A stretch of DNA of 64,000 nt, taken from contig CAVDMV010000004.1 of the NCBI GenBank assembly GCA_963610315.1, forward strand, positions 7,381-71,380, written 5' to 3'. The DNA is from Acutalibacteraceae bacterium. GTDB lineage: Bacteria; Bacillota_I; Bacilli_A; RFN20; CAG-449. The position numbers and the translations under genes were made by a program. The notes beneath the pieces were generated by a model. The model ran no database searches and had not been told where the DNA came from. It worked only from the letters and a program-made list of their open reading frames with translations. Below are positions 44,813 through 53,489 of this stretch, in pieces; position 1 is the stretch's first letter, and each line of letters starts with the position of its first letter.

Positions 44813-45922
44813 ATGGCAGAAGAAAAAAATCCATCAGTTGAAGATGAAGCTTATGTAAGTCTAAAACATATCGACAAAATTTATGATAACAACGTCCAAG
44901 CAGTCTTCGATTTCAACTTAGATATCAAGAAACATGAATTCATTGTTTTCGTTGGTCCTTCTGGTTGTGGTAAGTCAACAACCTTAAGAATGATTGCAGG
45001 TCTAGAAGATATCACAAAAGGTGAATTATATATCGATCATGAATTATGTAATGATAAGACACCTAAGGATAGAGATATCGCGATGGTTTTCCAAAGCTAT
45101 GCATTATATCCACATATGTCAGTTTATGACAATATGGCATTTGGCTTAAAGATTAAGAGAATGCCAAAATATGAAATTGATAAACGCGTGCACGAAGCAG
45201 CAAGAATTTTACAAATTGAAGAATACCTTGATAGAAAACCAAAAGCTTTATCAGGTGGTCAACGTCAAAGAGTTGCATTAGGTAGAGCGATTGTTAGAAA
45301 TGCAAAAGTATTCTTAATGGATGAACCTTTATCAAACCTCGATGCTAAATTAAGAGTTCAAATGAGATCTGAAATTATTAAACTTCATGAGACATTAAAT
45401 GCAACAACAATTTATGTTACTCACGACCAAATCGAAGCTATGACAATGGCAAGTAGAATCGTTGTTATGAAATTAGGTAGAGTACAACAAATTGGTACAC
45501 CTATTGAAATTTATAATCATCCTGCAAATTTATTCGTCGCTGGATTTATTGGTAGCCCAGCAATGAACTTTGTTAGATGCACTTTTGATGATAAAGTTGG
45601 TAAAGCACATTTCACCGATGGACATGAAATTGATGTACCTGATGCTTTATATAAAGGTAAAGGAGTACCAAGTGATGTTATCTTAGGTATTAGACCAGAA
45701 AATATTGTTGAAGCTGAAGGCAAAGGCGAATTTGAAATCACAGTTGATGTCGCTGAATTATTAGGTAACGAATATTATATTCACTTCAACTTCGGTGGAG
45801 CTAGCTTAGTAAGTAAATTCCCTGCAACAAGAATTATTACTGCAGGAGAAAAATTAAAAGTTAATTTCAAGAAAGAAAAAATACATTTCTTTGATCCTAC
45901 AACAGAGAAAGCGATTTATTAA
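44813..45922 (+). CDS. Sugar ABC transporter ATP-binding protein (MalK/MsmX/UgpC family)
   Basis: Walker A GPSGCGKST, LSGGQRQR, FLMDEPLSNLD, and a C-terminal TOBE-like regulatory domain. Confidence 0.95.
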   Translation: MAEEKNPSVEDEAYVSLKHIDKIYDNNVQAVFDFNLDIKKHEFIVFVGPSGCGKSTTLRMIAGLEDITKGELYIDHELCNDKTPKDRDIAMVFQSYALYPHMSVYDNMAFGLKIKRMPKYEIDKRVHEAARILQIEEYLDRKPKALSGGQRQRVALGRAIVRNAKVFLMDEPLSNLDAKLRVQMRSEIIKLHETLNATTIYVTHDQIEAMTMASRIVVMKLGRVQQIGTPIEIYNHPANLFVAGFIGSPAMNFVRCTFDDKVGKAHFTDGHEIDVPDALYKGKGVPSDVILGIRPENIVEAEGKGEFEITVDVAELLGNEYYIHFNFGGASLVSKFPATRIITAGEKLKVNFKKEKIHFFDPTTEKAIY

Positions 45923-45996
45923 TAAGTAGGGATATTAAATAGGTATTAATAGCGAGTTCGCTATTTATATAGATTAACTATAATTAGGAGGTATAT

Positions 45997-46599
45997 ATGG
46001 TTAATAAAATTACAAAATTACTCTTACTACCATTATGTGCTGCAGCAGTCTTGGGCGCAGCTGTTGGTTGTGGAGGAACATCTTCATCAACATCTTCAGA
46101 AGATGAATTCGATGTAAATTCAAATCCTGGAACAGAAGGATTTAATATGTGGATTGTAGGTTCTGCATGGTCTAACTGGGCACCAGACAAAGTTACTGAT
46201 GATTTAAAATTTACAAATGTAACTGGAACAGCTAAATTAACTTACACAGTAACTATTTCAGCGGCAGACGATGAAAATTACTGGGGATTTAAATTTGTTG
46301 GACAAAAATCTTGGAGCCCAAGTCAATTCGGTATGGAAGATATTGATTATGAAAAATGTAATGATGCATTTAAAACTTTAGTTAAAGATGCAGAAGGTGT
46401 TAATAATTATACAGAATATAAGAACAAATGGAAAGAAGGAACAAGTAATAGAAGTAATGTTTCTTTCTGCCAAAAAGAAAATCATATAGGTGTAGGCACA
46501 TATAAATTTACTTATGATCCTTTAAACTTTGAATCAGAATCAGCAAATGATACTACATATTCACATAAAATTGTAGTTGAATTTACTAAAGCAGAATAA
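45997..46599 (+). CDS. Small lipoprotein with a carbohydrate-binding-module-like beta domain (candidate starch-binding protein)
   Basis: Lipobox AVGC-GGTSS. The pattern IVGSAWSNWAP...L.F....G...YTV......YWGFKFVGQKSW resembles CBM20/48-type starch/glycogen-binding modules. Lies within the mal operon. Confidence 0.6.
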   Translation: MVNKITKLLLLPLCAAAVLGAAVGCGGTSSSTSSEDEFDVNSNPGTEGFNMWIVGSAWSNWAPDKVTDDLKFTNVTGTAKLTYTVTISAADDENYWGFKFVGQKSWSPSQFGMEDIDYEKCNDAFKTLVKDAEGVNNYTEYKNKWKEGTSNRSNVSFCQKENHIGVGTYKFTYDPLNFESESANDTTYSHKIVVEFTKAE

Positions 46600-46616
46600 T
46601 ATAGGGAGAACTGAAT

Positions 46617-47942
46617 ATGAAAAAGACATTAAGATTAAGCGTATTTGCGGCTAGTGTATTATTATCTGCAGGCGCATTAGTTGGTTGTGGTGGAACATCA
46701 TCAAATACAACAGATACAAATTTTGAAAAAACAGAAATAACTGTTTGGGCAACTGCTGCAGAAGAAGAAGTTATTAATGCAGTTGTTAAAGAATATAACG
46801 ATAAACAAACAGATGAAAAACAAAAATTCAAAATTACTTTCAGTGCTGTTGCTGAATCTGATGCAGGTACAACACTTGCAAAAGACCCTCAAGTCACTGG
46901 TGCACCAGCATTATTCTTATGTGCAGATGACCACATTGCTTCATTAACAGAAAAGAATATTGTTGCAGAAATTAAAGGTACACGTAAAGATAACATTGTT
47001 GCAAATACTACAGAAGTTGCAGTTAGTGGTGCAACTGGTGCAGATGGCAAATTATATGGCTATCCTGTAACATCAGATAACGGTTATTTCTTATGGTATA
47101 ACAAAGGTATTGAAGGTATTGATAAAGCAGTAACTTCATTAGAAGATTTATTAGCATTAGCTAAAAAGAATAAGAAGAGTGTCTTAATGGATGTCGCAAA
47201 CGGATGGTATGCAAATTCCTTCATTATGTCTCCACAAGCATGTGGTGTTAATTCATTATATTGGTCAACAAACGCTGACGGTAAGAATGTTTACACAACT
47301 AATTGGGATAATGAAGTCGGTGTTAAAGTTTCTGAATATATCGCTGGATTATTAAAGCCATATTATGATGATGGTACATTAGTAACTGGTAGTAATCCAG
47401 AAATTACTTCAGGTTTCACTGATGGTAAATTAATTGCAGCAGTTTCTGGTACATGGATGGAAAATTTAATTAAAGATACTGCAGGAGTTGGTGAAAATAC
47501 AGCAGCAACAATTTTACCTCAATATCATATCGATGGTAAGGCATATCAAATGGCATCATTCATTGGCTCAAAAGTTTATTGTATCAATAAGACTCAATCA
47601 GTTGGCGCTCAAAAAACAGCTGCGGCTTTAGCGGAATTATTAACAACTAAAGAAGCTCAATTAACAAGATTTGAAAAGAGAGCTACATTACCATGTAATA
47701 ATGACGCAATCAAAGATCCAAGATATACAGAACATTCAACAATTGGCGGCGCAGCATTAACTGCTCAAGCTAAATTCGGTTGTGTTCAATCAAAGACTGC
47801 AGAAGATAGATATTGGGATAAAGGTAAAGCTATTGGTCAAGCTTATTTAGATGGCAAGTTAGGTAAAGATTCAAACGATAATGCTCATACTTGGACAACA
47901 TTCTTAAAAGCTACAATGGACATTTTAAGAAATCCAGAATAA
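46617..47942 (+). CDS. Maltodextrin/oligosaccharide-binding lipoprotein (ABC solute-binding protein family 1)
   Basis: Lipobox LVGC-GGTSS. 441 aa of typical SBP size, located immediately upstream of the MalF/MalG-like permeases. Confidence 0.85.
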   Translation: MKKTLRLSVFAASVLLSAGALVGCGGTSSNTTDTNFEKTEITVWATAAEEEVINAVVKEYNDKQTDEKQKFKITFSAVAESDAGTTLAKDPQVTGAPALFLCADDHIASLTEKNIVAEIKGTRKDNIVANTTEVAVSGATGADGKLYGYPVTSDNGYFLWYNKGIEGIDKAVTSLEDLLALAKKNKKSVLMDVANGWYANSFIMSPQACGVNSLYWSTNADGKNVYTTNWDNEVGVKVSEYIAGLLKPYYDDGTLVTGSNPEITSGFTDGKLIAAVSGTWMENLIKDTAGVGENTAATILPQYHIDGKAYQMASFIGSKVYCINKTQSVGAQKTAAALAELLTTKEAQLTRFEKRATLPCNNDAIKDPRYTEHSTIGGAALTAQAKFGCVQSKTAEDRYWDKGKAIGQAYLDGKLGKDSNDNAHTWTTFLKATMDILRNPE

Positions 47943-47961
47943 TTAAAAAATCTAAAACTTA

Positions 47962-47996
47962 TTAGGAGGGAGGATAACCTCCTTCCTAATTTTATT
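47962..47996 (+). terminator. Intra-operon hairpin after the binding-protein gene (partial terminator or mRNA stabiliser)
   Basis: 12-bp stem TTAGGAGGGAGG / CCTCCTTCCTAA (one G-T pair), loop ATAA, then TTTTATT. Confidence 0.6.
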
Positions 47997-48019
47997 GTTT
48001 ATATTAAGGAGATATTCAT

Positions 48020-50857
48020 ATGGAAAAAGACATCGAAAATATAAATGAAAAAGTAAATACTGAAGAGGAAACTAATGTTTTTGCTAGAAAAGTAAGATAT
48101 ATGTCTAAAACTACTTATTTTTTCATTTCTCTTTTAAATGTATTATATAAAGCATTGATGTGGGTAGTTGACTTAATATGGTCAATGGTTCTATCATTAG
48201 GCCATTTCTTTAAATTAATTGGAGTTGGTATTTTTAAAGGAGTAGTTGGAATAGGCAAATTCTTTAAAAAGAAAGCACATGAATTTAAGTTTAATGATCT
48301 CTCTGGTAGATTATCATTTGGCTTATTTGGAATGAGTAATTTTAAACATAAACAATATGTCGTCGGTACATTGTACATCGTGTTTGAAGTTGCTTATATT
48401 GCTCTATTTGCGTTATTTGGTGTTTCTTCCATTGGAATGCTTGCCACACTAGGAACTAAACAATCAGGACCAAATCCGGATTGTGAAGATGATTTCTGTG
48501 ATTGGATTACTGGTGATAACTCCATCATGATTTTAATTTATGGTTTATTATGGATATTATCAATTTTTGTTTTCATTTATATATGGAATAAATCTATTGA
48601 AAGTGGATATACAAATTATCGTATTGATGAATTTAAGAAATATGACGCAAGTTTAGAAAGAAATATTCCTTTCTCAAAAGAACTTGACGCTAAAGCAACA
48701 GAAAGTTTTAATAACGGTGTTAGCTTAAAAGAATTTAAAACTTCTAACGAAGAATTAATTAAAGATCACTTAGCGAAAGTTGAAGACGAAAAAGAAAGAC
48801 AATATTTGTCATATTTATTCGCTCAAAACGCAAAAGCTTCTTACGATCATTTAAAACTTATTAAAAAGGAAACTGAAAAATTAGAGAAGATAAATGCCTC
48901 TTTAGATAAATTAAAAGAAACTAGATCTGCTGGATTAAAAGAATGTCTTGCTCGTCGCGATGCAAGTTTAGAAAATGTTGATCCTAACGACGAAGAAAAA
49001 ATTGATAAAATTAATGCTCGTGTTGAAGTTTATAAGAACAATACAATGTTAAAAGAACATGCTATTGAAGCAAAATTAGCTAAACAAGAACATAAGATTC
49101 AAGAAATTAATAAACGTTATACTCCATATGTTGAAATGCATCATACTTGCAATAAAGAAAAATATGGTAAAAATAACGATTATTACAAACATGTCGCAAG
49201 TCTTGAAAGTGAAATTTTATTCTATTCTAATTATGATCATTTCCAAGAAATCTATGAAGATCGCTTTGATAAATCTGGTGATAAGAATAAAGATAACGCA
49301 AATAGAATCGTTGAACTTGAAAATGAATTACAAGCTAAATTAGATGCAACAGCAGCTAAATTTAATGATATTAGAAATAGAAAAGCAGAAATTCAAAAAG
49401 GTATTGATGAAGCAAAAGCAACTTATGATAGTAAAGTAAATGAATTAAAAGAAACTAAGCCAGAAGGTTATGAAACTTTAATTCTTGAAGAAAAATCTAA
49501 ACTTATTGAAATCACTACAAAGTTAATGGCTCAATATAAAGATTTCCCATCTGATAAAAACATTAAAGCTCTTGAAAAAGAAGAAATTAAAGAATCTAAA
49601 GATGCATTTAAGCGTGATAAGAAATATTTAAGAACTAACTTCACTGCTGAACAATACGCATTAGAAGAAGTTATTAACTCAATGTTAGTTGACTTTAAGA
49701 TTGAATATAATTTAGCTAAACAATATTCAAAACAATTATTAGTAAAAGAAGGCAAAGAAAATAGATTCTTAACTACTGATGAAGTCAGTGATAAATTAAA
49801 TGAATTAGAAGAAAGTAAGAGAACTTATATTGAATCTCATCCTGATAAATATCAAGGTAGACCTGATTCATTTAAGGATAATGTTAAAGATTTATTCAAT
49901 GAAAAATTCCACATTACAATTTTAACTGTACCAGTACTTGGTATTCTACTCGTAACAATCCTTCCATTATTATTCTCAATTACAATTGCGTTTACTAATT
50001 ATTCTCAAGGTCATATTCCTCCAACACAATTATTCACTTGGAATGGATTAACAAACTTTAAGAATTTATTATTCCCAGAACCTAATTCTACATATAGTGT
50101 TTTACCTACAGCTTTATCAAAAACTGTTTCTTGGACATTCGTTTGGGCAATTGTTGCAACATTTTCTAACTATTTCTTAGGTATTATTGTTGCATTAATG
50201 ATTAATAAAAAAGGTATTAAGTTTAAGAAATTATGGAGAACAATATTTGTTATGACTATTGCGATCCCTCAATTTATTTCTTTATTATCAATTGGTGTTT
50301 TATTAAAAGACACTGGTGCAATTGGCTCATTAGTTCAACAATGGACTGGTCAAAGATTAGGATTTGGTACTAATACCGATGATAGCGCAGTCTTAATGAC
50401 TAAAATTATTATTATCTTAGTTAACATTTGGGTTGGTATTCCATATACTATCTTATCTACAACAGGTATTTTACTTAACATCCCTAAGGATTTATATGAA
50501 TCTGCGAGAGTTGACGGCGCAGGTACTGTTACTCAATTATTCAAGATTACAATGCCTTATATCTTATTCGTTACAGGACCTTATTTAATTACTCAATTCA
50601 TTGGTAACTTCAATAACTTCGGTGTTATCTTCTTCTTAACTAATGGTGGTCCAGCATATGAAGGATCAGCGTTATTAGGATTAGGTAAAACAGACTTATT
50701 AATTACATTCTTATACAAGATTGTTACATCAAGTAATAATGCTCAATATGGTATTGCGGCAGCAATTGGTATCGTAATCTTCGTTCTTTGCTCATTCGTA
50801 TCAATTGTCATGTACAATAAATCAGGCGCGGTAAAAGAGGAGGACCAATTCCAATAG
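48020..50857 (+). CDS. MalF-like sugar ABC permease with N-terminal TM bundle and a 439-aa charged insertion
   Basis: The C-terminal 316 aa form a standard 6-TM MalF/MsmF core with the EAA loop (LYESARVDGAGTVTQLFKITMP). Aa 191-629 are K/E-rich and heptad-like. Confidence 0.9.
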   Translation: MEKDIENINEKVNTEEETNVFARKVRYMSKTTYFFISLLNVLYKALMWVVDLIWSMVLSLGHFFKLIGVGIFKGVVGIGKFFKKKAHEFKFNDLSGRLSFGLFGMSNFKHKQYVVGTLYIVFEVAYIALFALFGVSSIGMLATLGTKQSGPNPDCEDDFCDWITGDNSIMILIYGLLWILSIFVFIYIWNKSIESGYTNYRIDEFKKYDASLERNIPFSKELDAKATESFNNGVSLKEFKTSNEELIKDHLAKVEDEKERQYLSYLFAQNAKASYDHLKLIKKETEKLEKINASLDKLKETRSAGLKECLARRDASLENVDPNDEEKIDKINARVEVYKNNTMLKEHAIEAKLAKQEHKIQEINKRYTPYVEMHHTCNKEKYGKNNDYYKHVASLESEILFYSNYDHFQEIYEDRFDKSGDKNKDNANRIVELENELQAKLDATAAKFNDIRNRKAEIQKGIDEAKATYDSKVNELKETKPEGYETLILEEKSKLIEITTKLMAQYKDFPSDKNIKALEKEEIKESKDAFKRDKKYLRTNFTAEQYALEEVINSMLVDFKIEYNLAKQYSKQLLVKEGKENRFLTTDEVSDKLNELEESKRTYIESHPDKYQGRPDSFKDNVKDLFNEKFHITILTVPVLGILLVTILPLLFSITIAFTNYSQGHIPPTQLFTWNGLTNFKNLLFPEPNSTYSVLPTALSKTVSWTFVWAIVATFSNYFLGIIVALMINKKGIKFKKLWRTIFVMTIAIPQFISLLSIGVLLKDTGAIGSLVQQWTGQRLGFGTNTDDSAVLMTKIIIILVNIWVGIPYTILSTTGILLNIPKDLYESARVDGAGTVTQLFKITMPYILFVTGPYLITQFIGNFNNFGVIFFLTNGGPAYEGSALLGLGKTDLLITFLYKIVTSSNNAQYGIAAAIGIVIFVLCSFVSIVMYNKSGAVKEEDQFQ

Positions 50858-50858
50858 T

Positions 50859-51755
50859 ATGAAAAGTTTAAAAGCAGGTAGAATTGTTTCGAACGTTATT
50901 ATTTATACAATTCTTATTATTATGTCATGTATTTGGTTACTTCCAATTATATGGCTTGTATTACAATCATTTGGTGGCGAAGGTATTGGTAATAGAGCTC
51001 GTATTATTCCTCATTCATGGACATTAGATAATTACAAGTTCTTATTTAGCCAAATTACTGGAGCATATGATCCAAATGCAGCATCTCACGCTTATGATAA
51101 TTTATTCTTAACATGGTTTGGTAATACAATTATTGTCGCGGTATTCTCATGTATTATTTCTACATTATTTGTATTAGGTACAGCTTATGCATTATCAAGA
51201 TTTAGATTCAAATCACGTACAATTTTCATGAAGATGAATTTAGTCATTGGTATGTTCCCAGGCTTCTTAAGCATGATTATTATGTACTGGGTTATGAGAG
51301 ATATCTTCCATTTACAAGGAACATATTGGTCATTAGTTATTCTTTATTCAGCTGGTGCTGGAGGAGGATATTACATTTGCAAAGGCTTCTTTGATACAAT
51401 CTCGAAAAACATTGATGAAGCGGCAATGATTGATGGTGCGACAAGAAGTCAAATCTTCTGGCAAATCATTTTACCACTTGCAAAACCTATTATCGTATAT
51501 ACGGTCTTAACAAGTTTCATGTCTCCATGGGGTGATTATGTAACATCATCTTATATTATTGGTTTACAAAATCCTCAACAATGGACTGTTGCGATTGGTC
51601 TTTACCAATTTACCTCAGGACAAGATACTGTAGCGACATATTATACACAATTCGCGGCAGGTTCTGTCATTATCGCGATTCCTATTACTGCCTTATTCTT
51701 AGCGTTACAAAGATATTATGTCGAAGGCGTAACAGGCGGAGCTGTGAAAGGATAA
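50859..51755 (+). CDS. MalG-like sugar ABC permease
   Basis: 298 aa, 6 TM, EAA loop IDEAAMIDGATRSQIFWQIILP. Confidence 0.93.
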   Translation: MKSLKAGRIVSNVIIYTILIIMSCIWLLPIIWLVLQSFGGEGIGNRARIIPHSWTLDNYKFLFSQITGAYDPNAASHAYDNLFLTWFGNTIIVAVFSCIISTLFVLGTAYALSRFRFKSRTIFMKMNLVIGMFPGFLSMIIMYWVMRDIFHLQGTYWSLVILYSAGAGGGYYICKGFFDTISKNIDEAAMIDGATRSQIFWQIILPLAKPIIVYTVLTSFMSPWGDYVTSSYIIGLQNPQQWTVAIGLYQFTSGQDTVATYYTQFAAGSVIIAIPITALFLALQRYYVEGVTGGAVKG

Positions 51756-51761
51756 AATATT

Positions 51762-53471
51762 ATGAAAAAGAGATTATTAATGATTACATTAACATCTCTT
51801 TTTTCTTTAGGAGTTGTATCTTCTTGTTCATCTTCCTCAAGCTCATCATCTTCATATTGTGATGAAATGTTTGAAGACTGTTCAGGAAGTTCATCTTCTA
51901 CATCAAAAAAGGTTGTTAATTTAAATTCATATACAAGTGAAAATTATGTATACGATAAAAATATCACAAACGCTAATGGCTCGATGAGTTATGAAATATT
52001 CGTCCGAAGTTTCTATGATTCAAATGCGGATGGCATCGGTGATTTTAATGGAGTAACTCAAAAACTAGATTATTTACAAGATTTAGGTGTTAAAACTATT
52101 TGGTTAATGCCAATTAATCCTTCTCCTTCATATCACGGCTATGATGTCACTAATTATTATGATGTTGAAAGTGATTATGGAACGATGGATGATTTTACTA
52201 ATTTGGTAAATAAAGCAAAAGAAAAGAATATTGATATTATGATCGATATTGTCTTTAACCATTCAAGTAAAGAACATGAGTGGTTTAAACAATCTTATCA
52301 AGATTATATTTCTTCTTATGACGGAGAAGATTCGTACGCTTCTTGGTATAACTGGTCAGAAACTTCTAAAAATGGTTATTCTTATTATCAAGGTAAATAT
52401 TATGAATCACGTTTTGATTCATCCATGCCAGATTTTAATACTCAAAACACTAAAGTTAGAGATGAAATGAAAAAGATCTTAAAATTCTGGATTGATAAAG
52501 GAGTATCGGGATTTAGATTTGATGCAGTTAAATATTATGAATACGAAGATACTTCATATAATAGTGAATTCTTAAAAGATTTACACGATGCAACGCTAAC
52601 ATATGGTAAAGAACAATATAATAAAGATATTTATTTTGTTGGTGAATGTTGGGCGGAAGATGGAACTATTAATAAATATTATAATTCTAATTTTGATTCA
52701 TTCTTCCGTTTCTCAGGCTCAATTGATGGCTATGGTTATGGAGCTATTTTAGGCGCGGTAAAAGGTGTTAACAAAGCAAATAGTTTTGGTGAAGCGATTG
52801 AAAATAATGAAACCGCGATTAAGAAAATTAATCCTAAAGCATATTCATCTTACTTCTTATCAAATCATGATCAAGATCGTGCAAGTTATTATTTTTCTAA
52901 TGAATATGGCTATATGGGAGCTTCAGTATTAGGCTTAATGCCTGGAACACCATATATGTATTATGGTGAAGAAATATCTCTTAAAGGGAAAAGAAATACT
53001 TCTCCAGATGATCAATCTGATTCAAGAAGAAGACTCCCTATGGTTTGGTCAAAAGATGATAAGACTGGAGAATGTAATTTCCCTGAATCATCAAGACAAG
53101 ATCTAGCGAAAAATGATCAAGTTTCTAATGGGGTTAATGATGAATTAAGGACTAATTATTCTCTAGTAAATCATTATAAAAAGGTTATTAATATTCGAAA
53201 TAAATATGATTTTATTAAAGAATCTGTATTTAAAAATTTAACTAAGACAATAACTAATGACTATGATCACGTTTTAATCTATTCTTTAACTTCTGCAGAT
53301 GGAAAAGATAAGATTACTGTCATTCATAATTTTGAAAAAGAAAATATTGAATTAGATGTTTCTTCATTAGGAACAAAAATTGATGAAGAAGTATCTTGTT
53401 CTAGATTAATTCCTGAATTAAGTAATGGGATTCTTAAATTAGGTTCATTATCAACTGTCATTTTAAAATAA
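51762..53471 (+). CDS. Lipid-anchored GH13 alpha-amylase-family glycosidase
   Basis: Lipobox VSSC plus a Ser run. GH13 regions DIVFNHSS, GFRFDAVKY, VGECW, FLSNHDQDR. DGIGDFNG calcium/loop motif. Confidence 0.92.
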   Translation: MKKRLLMITLTSLFSLGVVSSCSSSSSSSSSYCDEMFEDCSGSSSSTSKKVVNLNSYTSENYVYDKNITNANGSMSYEIFVRSFYDSNADGIGDFNGVTQKLDYLQDLGVKTIWLMPINPSPSYHGYDVTNYYDVESDYGTMDDFTNLVNKAKEKNIDIMIDIVFNHSSKEHEWFKQSYQDYISSYDGEDSYASWYNWSETSKNGYSYYQGKYYESRFDSSMPDFNTQNTKVRDEMKKILKFWIDKGVSGFRFDAVKYYEYEDTSYNSEFLKDLHDATLTYGKEQYNKDIYFVGECWAEDGTINKYYNSNFDSFFRFSGSIDGYGYGAILGAVKGVNKANSFGEAIENNETAIKKINPKAYSSYFLSNHDQDRASYYFSNEYGYMGASVLGLMPGTPYMYYGEEISLKGKRNTSPDDQSDSRRRLPMVWSKDDKTGECNFPESSRQDLAKNDQVSNGVNDELRTNYSLVNHYKKVINIRNKYDFIKESVFKNLTKTITNDYDHVLIYSLTSADGKDKITVIHNFEKENIELDVSSLGTKIDEEVSCSRLIPELSNGILKLGSLSTVILK

Positions 53472-53489
53472 TTAAAGGGGTTTATAAAA

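Noticed and set aside
45984-46831. Two minus-strand ORFs (45984-46190 and 46586-46831) sharing the peptide DVPPQPT(A/N)AP
   Set aside because: The shared peptide is simply the reverse-complement reading of the near-identical lipobox sequences (VGCGGTSS) of the two plus-strand lipoprotein genes. It is not an independent conserved protein.
51581-51862. 93-aa plus-strand ORF bridging the MalG-like gene end and the amylase gene start
   Set aside because: It is out of frame with both well-supported genes, and its translation is of biased composition (Cys/Arg-, Ile- and Phe-rich) with no motif.
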